Below are positions 1 to 8,974 of a stretch of 13,963 nt of DNA, piece by piece. Each line of letters starts with the position of its first letter. Within the stretch, counting starts at the first letter, position 1. The position numbers and the translations under genes were made by a program. Below the pieces are notes generated by a model. The model ran no database searches. It was given only the letters and a program-made list of their open reading frames with translations, and was not told where the DNA came from. The DNA lies in assembly GCA_050293845.1 (NCBI GenBank), contig JBNKNM010000148.1, positions 1-13,963 on the forward strand, written 5' to 3'. This stretch comes from Pseudobacteriovorax sp. (GTDB lineage Bacteria; Bdellovibrionota_B; Oligoflexia; Oligoflexales; Oligoflexaceae).

Positions 1-1
1 G

Positions 2-706
2 CTAATATGTTTATGCTGGAGCCACACTGGCTTCGCATTAGAATTAAAACCTTTGAATCTTATAGAGCTTTTTACCTCTCAGGGATGTAGCTCCTGTCCA
101 CCAGCGGACAATTGGGTCTACCAACTAGGCAAAAATCAGCGCCAATATCAGGACTTTATTAGCATCTCATTTCATGTCGATTACTGGAATTATCTGGGTT
201 GGCGTGACCCTTTTAGCTCGAAAAAATCATCCCATCGCCAGAGATCTTACGTTAGGCAAGGGTTCTTCAACTATGTTGCCACTCCAACAGTTCTAGTGAA
301 TGGAAGACCTTACAAGGGATGGCGTCGCAACTCAAATCCCCCGCCACCTAGTCAACAAAAATTCCCCTCCGTAACAGTCCAACGAAAAGGTAATAACTTC
401 CAAATTAGTTGGCCCTATTTTACGGGAGATCAGAAGCTATGGCTGCAGGGTACTTTGCTATCCAGCTCCATCGCTATCAAAGTAATTAATGGTGAAAACG
501 CTGGTCGGACTTTACACCACCATCATGTTGCTCTGGGGCTCCAGTATGCGACCGTCACCTACAACAAGGCAAGAAAACGTTACATAGGCACTATTAACCT
601 TAAGAAGGAAATCAAACAGAAAGCAAAAATTGATGGTTTTGCTCTATGGATAAGCAAGGCAAACGAAAATAAACCTATTATCGCGGTTGCCAGTAAACTA
701 CCATAA
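2..706 (+). CDS. DUF1223-family thioredoxin-like CxxC protein, probably exported; 5' end lies outside the window
   Basis: Motifs ELFTSQGCSSCPPAD, FHVDYWNYLGWRDPFS, TPTVLVNG and GENAGRTLHH are characteristic of DUF1223. The frame is open from position 2 (LICLCWSHTGFA-LELKP), which reads like the end of a signal peptide, so TTG at 53 is unlikely to be the true start. Confidence 0.9.
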   Translation, partial: LICLCWSHTGFALELKPLNLIELFTSQGCSSCPPADNWVYQLGKNQRQYQDFISISFHVDYWNYLGWRDPFSSKKSSHRQRSYVRQGFFNYVATPTVLVNGRPYKGWRRNSNPPPPSQQKFPSVTVQRKGNNFQISWPYFTGDQKLWLQGTLLSSSIAIKVINGENAGRTLHHHHVALGLQYATVTYNKARKRYIGTINLKKEIKQKAKIDGFALWISKANENKPIIAVASKLP

Positions 707-722
707 GGACTGCACAAGACAT

Positions 723-746
723 CGGGTATTCAATATTTGATACCCG
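723..746. terminator. Inverted repeat just downstream of the DUF1223 gene (terminator or operator)
   Basis: CGGGTAT (723-729) and ATACCCG (740-746) form a perfect 7-bp stem with an inner CAA/TTG pair. It starts 16 nt after the stop. The U-tract is weak. Confidence 0.4.
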
Positions 747-1041
747 TTAGTAGAGCTTTTTATGCTGCTTAATTTCCTCGACTCGGGTCTTCACCTTGAA
801 TTTTACTCGAATTTATCAGAGGTGTGGAAAACGCTAATTCCCATAGAAAAAATAACATCCATATGGAATTAAAAGGAAATATGGAATGATTAAGGAATTT
901 CACCTCTACCCTCACTTCATCACAGTTTTAAATCAGCTGGACCGCCTATTTTAACTCACCTTTTTTAATGACTTTTAGGAAAAAATTTGCCATTTTGGAC
1001 TCTCATCCCCAGGAGGTTAACCAATAAGGGAAAACAAAAAA

Positions 1042-1506
1042 GTGAACTCAAGTCGAAACATCTCAAGAATACTAGTCATTTTTGCATTTATTACTATGGT
1101 GTCTGCGTGCCAGACAACTAAAACAAGATTGAACCCAGATAAAACCTACAAAGTAGCCGCTGCTTTTATGCATATTAGAACTAAGTCTGGTCGTAGTATA
1201 AACAGCAAATATTGCAACTATGATAAAAATTTGGAAAGATGTATCGCAATGTTACACCCTACCTTGGAAGATCTCGCCAAAAAGGTTTGTGGTAGTAGAA
1301 TTCCCGTAGAAGCGAATTGCCGTAAAGACACCGTAAATGGTCATAGAGGTGTGAGCTGCACCGGGATGTGTAAGGAGCCAAGTTCAGGAAGTATGGAGTC
1401 AAATCAATCTATCAAACATGGTCTGAAGCTCGCAAAAAGCTGCAAAGAAGCAGGAGGCGTCCTAGTTAATGATCGTTGTTTCAAGGAAATAGAAATCAAG
1501 AAATAA
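1042..1506 (+). CDS. Hypothetical Cys-rich lipoprotein
   Basis: GTG start, basic N-terminus, hydrophobic stretch ILVIFAFITM and lipobox VSA-C. There are eight further Cys in the mature part. No family recognised. Confidence 0.7.
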   Translation: MNSSRNISRILVIFAFITMVSACQTTKTRLNPDKTYKVAAAFMHIRTKSGRSINSKYCNYDKNLERCIAMLHPTLEDLAKKVCGSRIPVEANCRKDTVNGHRGVSCTGMCKEPSSGSMESNQSIKHGLKLAKSCKEAGGVLVNDRCFKEIEIKK

Positions 1507-1716
1507 CTAACTTTTATATCTAACATTGATATAAGCGCTGATACGGACAATAGTTCTCAACCCTTTTTATTCAAGTGCTTTGCTGCACATCATTAATTTC
1601 TTGAGGGTTTTCAATTTCTTCCAAAACTGCATCTCCTGCGCTTTTCTGATGACGGGTGGCTATATATTGCTAATATTAGTCTAGGTCAGTTTTGGAAGAA
1701 GCATTAAACCATAAAA

Positions 1717-2328
1717 TTAAGACTTTTTCTTACGATCCTTACCCCAATACTTATCCAAAAAGTCATCGCGCCCTGAGTTATAGCGATAATATTTGTACCG
1801 CAATGGGTTTTTCTTATAATAATCCTGATGGTACTCCTCAGCCGGATAAAATGTGCTGTACTTTTCTATCCTAGTAATAATGGGCTTGGGAAATCGCTTG
1901 GATTTTTCTAAAGCAACCTTAGACTCCATGGCAGCTTTTTTCTGGGCTTCAGAAAGATAAAAAATCGCTGGACTGTATTGGAAGCCACGATCGACGAACT
2001 GGCCCTGGTTATCCATGGGATTAATTTGCATCCAAAAAACTTCCAATAACTTTTTATAACTAACTTTTTGGGGATCAAATACTATTTTTACAGCTTCTAA
2101 ATGACGGGTTTTTCCTGAAGAAACCAGCTTGTATGAAGGATTGACCTTCTTGCCTCCGGCAAATCCAGAAGTTACCGACTTGACTCCCTTCAAATTCTCA
2201 AAAGGGGGCTCCATACACCAAAAACATCCACCGGCAAACACTGCAACACCCAGCTGTTCCGATTTGCTTACTTGTCCCCAAGCCTGACTTGCAAAGATCA
2301 TGATTAAAAAAAATATAGAAGTTCTCAT
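1717..2328 (-). CDS. msrA: Peptide-methionine (S)-S-oxide reductase MsrA with N-terminal signal peptide
   Basis: Motifs FAGGCFWCME, HLEAV, GQFVDRG.QY and FYPAEEYHQDYY. Sec-type leader MRTSIFFLIMIFASQAWG. AAGGA SD upstream. Confidence 0.96.
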   Translation of the reverse strand: MRTSIFFLIMIFASQAWGQVSKSEQLGVAVFAGGCFWCMEPPFENLKGVKSVTSGFAGGKKVNPSYKLVSSGKTRHLEAVKIVFDPQKVSYKKLLEVFWMQINPMDNQGQFVDRGFQYSPAIFYLSEAQKKAAMESKVALEKSKRFPKPIITRIEKYSTFYPAEEYHQDYYKKNPLRYKYYRYNSGRDDFLDKYWGKDRKKKS

Positions 2329-2754
2329 GAATTATATCCTTACTTTGAATGACACAGTTGCCTTCCCTGATGTTCGCACAAACTAAGCTTCTGGTCACAC
2401 CCCAGAATGGCAGAATTGATAATATTGTCAGCTTTACAATTTAATGCTAATATGACATAGCAATAGTTGCGCCTAAATCCCCCAGTTCAAGGATTTTTGA
2501 GGCTTAATGACTCAACTAAAGAGAGGATCTCTGGTGCTCCCCCAAAATCATATCAATAAAATCAAATGGTTAAAAATTATACTCCATCGCGTGGCCATCA
2601 CTAATATACTAATACCATTGAAATTTTTTCTAAAGCCCAAACCGTGGTATAGCCTAGCCGAAAAAAAGCAGCATCAAGCTATTAACAATGAAAAACTTTC
2701 GCGGCCCTATTGAGGCGAACTTAACAGCATCAAGGTCATCCTCCTTAGCTAGTT

Positions 2755-3516
2755 TTACGCTTTTAGGCGATATCCAGTACGAAAAATCCAAGCAATAAAG
2801 CCCAGACAAACCGATAGAAAGACTGCTACCATTCCCAAGCTCAGCCCCAAACTAACGTCAGCACTTTCATAAAAGCTCCATCTAAAGCCACTGATCAAAT
2901 AAACCACCGGATTTAACATGGAAATTTTCTGCCATAGCGGTGGCAGCATCTTAATTGAATAGAAACTCCCACCTAAAAAGGTCAGTGGGGTAATAATGAG
3001 CAGAGGAATAATCTGTAGCTTTTCAAATCCATCGGCCCATATTCCAATAATAAAACCAAACAAACTAAAGGTTATAGCGGTCAACAGCAGGAAGAATAGC
3101 ATGATAAATGGGTGCTTGATTTCCAGGGGTACAAAAAAGCCTGCTGTAATAAGAATGATAATTCCTAAAATAATGGATTTGCTTGCTGCGGCTCCCACAT
3201 AGCCCAACACAATTTCAATAAACGATATCGGTGCCGATAGGACTTCATAAATAGTACCACTAAATCTAGGGAAATAGATACCAAAGGATGCGTTTGAAAT
3301 ACTCTGGGTTAAAACAGAAAGCATGATCAAGCCTGGTACAATGAAGGAACCATAGGAGACACCATCAATCGAGTCGATACGAGAGCCGATAGCTGAACCA
3401 AAAACAATAAAATATAGTACGGTTGAGATGACAGGAGAAGCAATACTCTGGCCGATAGTTCGCCAAGTTCTAGCCATTTCGAACTTATAAATAGCTGCAA
3501 TAGAACGTGAATTCAA
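2755..3516 (-). CDS. ABC-2 type transporter permease (YadH-like)
   Basis: About six hydrophobic segments with [20 protein letters not shown] and [11 protein letters not shown]. The TTG start overlaps the upstream TGA (TTGA, 3516-3513) and has a strong AGGAGGT SD. Confidence 0.92.
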   Translation of the reverse strand: MNSRSIAAIYKFEMARTWRTIGQSIASPVISTVLYFIVFGSAIGSRIDSIDGVSYGSFIVPGLIMLSVLTQSISNASFGIYFPRFSGTIYEVLSAPISFIEIVLGYVGAAASKSIILGIIILITAGFFVPLEIKHPFIMLFFLLLTAITFSLFGFIIGIWADGFEKLQIIPLLIITPLTFLGGSFYSIKMLPPLWQKISMLNPVVYLISGFRWSFYESADVSLGLSLGMVAVFLSVCLGFIAWIFRTGYRLKA

Positions 3517-4466
3517 TGTCCCACCTCCTGGATTTGTGGCATTTCCTGCTGATTTAAAAGATTTACAAAAATATTCTCCAGCGAACTCTGGCTCGTATAC
3601 AGATCCTTGAACTTAATCCCTTCTTCATGCAACCTTACAAGCAAATCCGCAATATGATTATCTTCCATATTTTGATCATAACGAAAAATTAATTGCATAC
3701 CTTGTTTATCTAGCTTTAAGTCAAAGGACCTCAATAATGCAGGAATCTCTTGGAGGGGCTGCTCTAATTCAAATTGCAGCTGCTTTCCTCCTAGTTTAGT
3801 CATAATAATATCTTTTTTCTCTGTAAGTATCAGTCGCCCCTTTTGAATCACCCCAATACGGTCAGCCATTTCCTCCGCTTCTTCGATATAGTGGGTAGTC
3901 AGAATAATAGTGACGCCGTTATCACGAAGCTTACGCACCAAACTCCACATTGATTTTCGCAACTCCACATCAACACCAGCCGTTGGTTCATCTAGGAAAA
4001 GAACTCTCGGCTCGTGAGACAGGGCTTTAGCTATCATAACGCGTCTTTTCATTCCCCCAGAAAGCATCATCAGCTTGCTATCTTTTTTATCCCATAGGGA
4101 AAGATCTTTGAGAATTTTTTCAACATAACTATGATTTTTCCGCTTTCCAAATAATCCACGGGAAAAATTAACAGTATTCCAAACGGTCTCAAAAGCGTCT
4201 GTAGTGAGTTCCTGGGGAACTAGGCCTATTTGTGAGCGAGCATTGCGATAATCTTTGACAATATCATGGGAATCGACAATGACACGCCCCTGAGATGGAT
4301 TTACAATTCCACAAATAATACTGATTAAAGTCGTTTTCCCAGCTCCATTAGGACCCAACAAGGCAAAAATTTCTCCTTTGTTAATTTCAAGATTGACATG
4401 ATCTAAAGCCTTAAATCCACCTTGATAGACTTTTGATAGTGACTCGATCGAAATTATGGATGGCAT
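3513..4466 (-). CDS. ABC transporter ATP-binding protein (YadG-like)
   Basis: Walker [10 protein letters not shown], signature LSGGM, Walker B LFLDEPT and H-loop TTHY. Start moved from 4484 to the ATG at 4466 because GAGGAG lies just upstream of it. Confidence 0.95.
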   Translation of the reverse strand: MPSIISIESLSKVYQGGFKALDHVNLEINKGEIFALLGPNGAGKTTLISIICGIVNPSQGRVIVDSHDIVKDYRNARSQIGLVPQELTTDAFETVWNTVNFSRGLFGKRKNHSYVEKILKDLSLWDKKDSKLMMLSGGMKRRVMIAKALSHEPRVLFLDEPTAGVDVELRKSMWSLVRKLRDNGVTIILTTHYIEEAEEMADRIGVIQKGRLILTEKKDIIMTKLGGKQLQFELEQPLQEIPALLRSFDLKLDKQGMQLIFRYDQNMEDNHIADLLVRLHEEGIKFKDLYTSQSSLENIFVNLLNQQEMPQIQEVGH

Positions 4467-4635
4467 CTTCAGCTCCTCAAACAATCATCAGAAATACCAC
4501 GTTAGCAAGAAAAAATAATATTGCCATCACTTTAGATAACTTATTCCTGAAGGTCGTGAAAAAACTTTATTGTCTATCGTTGCGTTGAACTAATTATCTT
4601 GAATATACTGTGTTAGCATGCCATTAATCGACATA

Positions 4636-4674
4636 TTGACACCTTTGTCTTTACCCTGGTACCGTTGGTACACT
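4636..4674 (+). promoter_or_regulatory. Candidate sigma70 promoter for the asparaginase gene, overlapping a palindrome
   Basis: TTGACA at 4636-4641, an 18-nt spacer, then TGg-TACCGT. A second extended -10-like TGg-TACACT is at 4666-4674. GTACC-gtt-GGTAC (4659-4671) is an inverted repeat. Confidence 0.4.
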
Positions 4675-4723
4675 TTCTCTATAGTGAACCCCATTCTTTA
4701 ACGATAAAGTCATAGGGAAAGCC

Positions 4724-5605
4724 ATGATAACTTTTGGAAAGTGCTCCCAACCCGCCCTTCTCATTCACGGTGGCGCAGGTCCCATGGACCCTAGTGCCAG
4801 TGGGATACAAAATGCTACACAGATTCTAAGAAATATCGCTACAAAGGTTCTGATAGACTCGAAAAAAGACAATCTGCTTCATTATATTGTAGAAGCCTTG
4901 ACAGAAATGGAAAATCATCCTGATTTTAATGCAGGCTTGGGAAGCGCTCTCCAACAGGATGCTGCGATCCGCACCACAGCTGCTATTATGCGCGGTTCCA
5001 GTCGTAGCTTTTCAGGAGTGATTGGTCTCACTCATGTAAAAAATCCTTCCATACTGGCAGCACACCTGCAAACTGCAGATGCACGTGTCCTCACCCATCC
5101 CGGTTGTGAATTTTTAGCACGCGAACTCCAGCTTCCCTTTGATTCTTTATTAACCAGCAAACGTGTGGAGCAATGGCAGAAACGTTTGTCATGCGAAACC
5201 CCTAGAAATGATTGCGATACGGTTGGCGCTATCTATTGGGATGGAAAACGGGAACTCATAGCAGGTACCAGTACAGGAGGAAAAGGTTTAGAATATCCGG
5301 GCCGTGTATCAGATTCAGGAACGGTCGCTGGCAACTACTCTAACGAATATTGTGCCACGGTTGCCACTGGCATCGGTGAAGAAATTGTGGATGATGCCCT
5401 ATGTGCAAAAATTGTCACGCGTGTAAGCGACGGCATGAGCCTAGCTGATGCTTGTCAACGCACCTACCAGGAAGGTCAGCGATATAACCGATCATATGGC
5501 TGGCTGAGCGTAACTGCGGATGGCGAATGGTGCGTCGCTCATACTAGTCCAGCCATGAGCTACTTTGGTTTAACAGAAGATAACAAGAGCTTTGTTTCAA
5601 GCTAA
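4724..5605 (+). CDS. Isoaspartyl peptidase / plant-type L-asparaginase (Ntn hydrolase)
   Basis: IHGGAG, FNAG.GS, autocleavage site D-TVGA (nucleophile Thr), GTSTGG, GRVSDS and ATGIGE. Confidence 0.92.
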   Translation: MITFGKCSQPALLIHGGAGPMDPSASGIQNATQILRNIATKVLIDSKKDNLLHYIVEALTEMENHPDFNAGLGSALQQDAAIRTTAAIMRGSSRSFSGVIGLTHVKNPSILAAHLQTADARVLTHPGCEFLARELQLPFDSLLTSKRVEQWQKRLSCETPRNDCDTVGAIYWDGKRELIAGTSTGGKGLEYPGRVSDSGTVAGNYSNEYCATVATGIGEEIVDDALCAKIVTRVSDGMSLADACQRTYQEGQRYNRSYGWLSVTADGEWCVAHTSPAMSYFGLTEDNKSFVSS

Positions 5606-5609
5606 AACA

Positions 5610-5639
5610 TAATTGCTAGCATCAATGCGCTAGTAATTA
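5610..5639 (+). terminator. Hairpin immediately after the asparaginase stop
   Basis: TAATTGCTAGC pairs with GCTAGTAATTA (11 bp, one G-U), 4 nt after the TAA. No clear U-tract. Confidence 0.45.
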
Positions 5640-5873
5640 AAACATTATTCATTCTGTAGCCTGTTGGAACCAAAAGATTTCCAGTTAAATTCTGCAAAAT
5701 AGCGAGGGTATTTGATTAATTTTTTTTAAGCAAATGCCCTACTTTCGTTTCAGTATCCGTGTTTGCACTTTTAGTACGATGGATTGGGATATTTTGCTTA
5801 TTTCTCTTTTTTTCATAACTGTCTAGAATCGACTTGGCTAATTGGCCAAAACCCAACAGTTAAGGAGGGCGTT

Positions 5874-6350
5874 GTGAATTTTCAGCCAAGAAAGGTAGTC
5901 GTCAAAGAAAATAATCAACTAGCAATTACTGTCGAAGGTGTTATGACAAGAAGGTTTGTGTGGGTAAGTTCATCAGCAAACATAGAAGAAGCTATTGAAA
6001 AAATCGTCAAGTCTAACCAAACCGGTGCACCAGTGCTTAACAAGAATAAAGAACCTGTCGGATTCATATCACAAAAAGACTGTTTAAAACTTGCAACACA
6101 GTTACGCTATTTCAATAGCTATCCTGGATTTGTTTCCAACTATATGACTCAAAATGTTGAAGTACTCCATAATAAAGTTAAGTTATTTGACGCTATCAAT
6201 TGCTTTATTGAGAAATGGTTTCATGCTTATCCTGTGGTAAACGAAAAAAACCAGGTCATAGGATTGCTGACCCGTAAAAAAGTTTTAGAGTATGTGAATA
6301 CAATCAACCAAACTAGCTGGTATGATAAACAAGAAAGTACACACTATTAG
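5874..6350 (+). CDS. Stand-alone tandem CBS-domain protein
   Basis: Two CBS repeats: V..VMT...GAPVLN....VGFISQKD and V..YMT...YPVVNE...VIGLLTRK. Start moved from 5784 to the GTG at 5874, which follows TAAGGAGG. Confidence 0.88.
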   Translation: MNFQPRKVVVKENNQLAITVEGVMTRRFVWVSSSANIEEAIEKIVKSNQTGAPVLNKNKEPVGFISQKDCLKLATQLRYFNSYPGFVSNYMTQNVEVLHNKVKLFDAINCFIEKWFHAYPVVNEKNQVIGLLTRKKVLEYVNTINQTSWYDKQESTHY

Positions 6351-6487
6351 ACTGCAGCCTCTGTGGATTATGACTATATCCATTTTTATTCCTTCCTGTG
6401 TGCGCTCCCCTGTTACAATTTAGTTGTTTTCAGGGGGCCACATCCCATAGAACGCTATCTATTCCTAGGAAGAGAGATACCCAGCTG

Positions 6488-7954
6488 TTAATTAGTCAAT
6501 GGAATTAGAAATGAAAAACATGTATGGCCGTTTTTTGTACCTATTTCCAAAGATCCATTATGAAGCTTAGCAATTTCTTGTACGATGCTTAACCCCAAAC
6601 CTGAGCCATTGTTTGCTTGCTTGGTGGTAAAAAACGGATTTGTAATATTATTTTTCAGTTCCTGAGGAATACCGCCTCCGGAATCTACTATATATACTCC
6701 AAAAAAATCATCTTTATTCGTCACAGAAACCTCTATCCACGGATTATCAAAAGACTCTAAAGCATCGCATGCATTAGACACTAAATTTATAATAACCTGC
6801 GTAATTTGGGTAGGATTACATCGAAGCATAAAGTCATCCTTAGGGAATTTGAAATCAAGACGAATACGCATCAATCTAGCTTTTTCTTCTGTAAAAAGTT
6901 TAGCATTGTCAAGAATACACTTTATTGACGAAGGCTCGTGATTATTTCTTCCGTTATTTTGAATAAAAGAAAAGATGCCATCAATTATTTTGTGAATCAT
7001 CTTGGCAGCACGATCGATTTTCTCAAGTTGGGCTTGAACAAATTTACTATCATCTTGGATGCGTGTAAAATGGCGACTCAATATAAAGTGACTTCCCATC
7101 ACAGTTCCCAGAGGATTTTTTATTTCGTGTCCAATATACGAAGAAACCATTCCTAACGTTTTTAAATGCTCAGCCTCAAGTAAAGCTTCTTTTTGAGCAG
7201 CAACAGTCTCTTTGGCTTCACCATATTTCTGTATCGTCTCATAGTAATCTTTAGCAAAGTACAAGATGAATCCTGCAACTAAGCCTAAATACCCAAAGTG
7301 TTGAAGATAGTAAAAGTCATATACGCCATATAGAATATTAAAATCAGAGATGACACAAACGAAATAAATGCATAAGCCCATATTGATCGGCTGAAAGCGG
7401 GCCCCAGTATTTGACTGTTTCCAAAGAAGTAGGAGGGTGAATAGAGTGAAAGCAATACTGACAAAAACAAGATAGCCATAACCGAATGAGGAAAATTGCA
7501 GCAATTTTAAATGCGAGGTCGTATCGTTAAACACCACCTTACTTAGTATCAGATGGGAACCTGAACTGAGATCGATAGCAATGGAAAAAGAAAAGACAGT
7601 TGTTAAGAAAATGTTGAGCTTCTGAAAAATGCTAAGCCAAGTATATCTTTTTTCCAATAGGATAATGGTCAGTTGACCAGTAAATACAGTCATATAACAA
7701 AGGGTTCCTGAAATGGAACCTATCAACAGCATCGAATATATTTCAGATCTCTCTGAAAAATAATAAGGCAGAACGATACAATAGTATGCCTCAAGTAAAC
7801 TCATAATCGTTAAGTACTGCCACTGGCGTCGGTTGCGAAATATGGCAGCTATGAATGTGGTAAAAACAGCCAAAGCAATACTGCATCCACCTGCGATCCA
7901 AGCACTTGTGTAAAAAATGTTAGTAATGCGCCAACTCCCACAAGCTCGATTCAA
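6488..7954 (-). CDS. Membrane sensor histidine kinase with a multi-TM (about 7) N-terminal input region; start uncertain
   Basis: H-box GHEIKNPL, N-box QVIINLVSNACDA, G1 DSGGGI, F-box PFFTTK and G2 GSGLGLSI. The first ~230 aa contain repeated hydrophobic segments. Confidence 0.92.
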   Translation of the reverse strand: MNRACGSWRITNIFYTSAWIAGGCSIALAVFTTFIAAIFRNRRQWQYLTIMSLLEAYYCIVLPYYFSERSEIYSMLLIGSISGTLCYMTVFTGQLTIILLEKRYTWLSIFQKLNIFLTTVFSFSIAIDLSSGSHLILSKVVFNDTTSHLKLLQFSSFGYGYLVFVSIAFTLFTLLLLWKQSNTGARFQPINMGLCIYFVCVISDFNILYGVYDFYYLQHFGYLGLVAGFILYFAKDYYETIQKYGEAKETVAAQKEALLEAEHLKTLGMVSSYIGHEIKNPLGTVMGSHFILSRHFTRIQDDSKFVQAQLEKIDRAAKMIHKIIDGIFSFIQNNGRNNHEPSSIKCILDNAKLFTEEKARLMRIRLDFKFPKDDFMLRCNPTQITQVIINLVSNACDALESFDNPWIEVSVTNKDDFFGVYIVDSGGGIPQELKNNITNPFFTTKQANNGSGLGLSIVQEIAKLHNGSLEIGTKNGHTCFSFLIPLTN

Positions 7955-8587
7955 GAGTCAAATTCAAACTCCCCATGAAACTTTTTTGCAAACCGAAATT
8001 GATTGAAGGAACCGCTCGCCCTTGGCTCCCGATCTGGCACCCAAACTAACCTTTATAACAGATTTAATCTAATCAAAGGGCGCGCTTGTTATCTCATTAT
8101 CACCTTTTAAAGTCAACACATGACTAGCTGCTTTAGGCTAATCTTTTATTCTAGTTCAATGAAACAGTTACTCTAAAGAATCATAGTGCTCATGGCTGCT
8201 AGATACTGCCACTAGCCTTTCTATCGGTATCCTATAAAACATGTTGAATGTTGATTTCACACGTATGACTTGTCACAAAACACTAAAGTCAGAATATATA
8301 GTAAATAAACTCAGAGCACCCACCCGAGTTTGCCTGCCAAATAAAGCACTAATAAACACCTCGATTGCTTCAAAGTTGAAAATTTAAAACAGCAACCGTC
8401 ATATGCAACGATAGAGCTATTTTATTCTTAAGCCTTGCCAACTAAAAAGGCTCTGCTCCTTCGTTAACATCTTAGTTATATACCTTTTTTATCAGATTTA
8501 TTAATATCTTATTAATCTAGTGCTAATTTTCGATAGTAAATTTTTATATAAAGGTCCTTTTGACCTACCAAAGGAACTGGGGATTCT

Positions 8588-8974
8588 ATGTATATTGCGT
8601 TTAAGGTCGTTGATACTTTGGTGAGCATCTTGTTGTTTTTTGTCAATCATGCTCAAGGATTCAAAAGTAAGTTTGTTAACCAGCTCCGCCAGTTAAAAAG
8701 AGGACTTTCAGAAGAGAAGAATGAAACAAAGGACATGTTAAGAATATACCGCCGCTATATGAATGCTGATGCTTCGAAGGAAGAGCTTGCATTTGCGAAC
8801 AAGCAACTCCGTGACTTGATGAAAACTATGGGACTCGGTATTTTATTGGTATTACCATTTTCTTTCTTAACCCTCCCAGTTCTTGTAAAGCTTGGCGAAA
8901 AACTGGGAATATCACTTCTTCCCAGCGCATTTTCTAAAGATCGCGACACATTCACAAATCAAGATAAACTATAG
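8588..8974 (+). CDS. Small LETM1-like membrane protein
   Basis: ATG with GGGGA SD. The segment DLMKTMGLGILLVLPFSFLTLPVLVKLGEKLGISLLPSAF resembles the Pro-rich TM plus LPSxF segment of LETM1-domain proteins (recognised from memory). Confidence 0.65.
   Translation: MYIAFKVVDTLVSILLFFVNHAQGFKSKFVNQLRQLKRGLSEEKNETKDMLRIYRRYMNADASKEELAFANKQLRDLMKTMGLGILLVLPFSFLTLPVLVKLGEKLGISLLPSAFSKDRDTFTNQDKL

Noticed and set aside
1342..1354. Partial similarity (CATAGAGGTGTGA) to the IS junction/guide
   Set aside because: The match is short and gapped and includes element bases, so it is expected by chance.
1692..2398. ORFs 1692-1874 (+) and 2198-2398 (-)
   Set aside because: Both are short shadows overlapping msrA, with no motifs.
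2361..2530. 6S RNA-like words (CCCTGATGTTCGCA, GTTCAAGG) and two local hairpins
   Set aside because: The 5' and 3' ends do not form the long closing stem that 6S requires.
2507..2713. 68-aa ORF (+) between msrA and the permease
   Set aside because: No clear SD or motif and opposite to both neighbours. It cannot be excluded but is unsupported.
2996..3202. 68-aa ORF (+)
   Set aside because: Antisense shadow of the ABC permease.
6938..7479. ORFs 6938-7156 (+) and 7285-7479 (-)
   Set aside because: Both lie inside the histidine kinase gene in other frames.
8307..8338. Minus-strand GGCAAACTC...GAGTTT hairpin resembling the start of a c-di-GMP-I riboswitch
   Set aside because: No GNRA tetraloop, no GACGCAAAG junction and no receptor stem.
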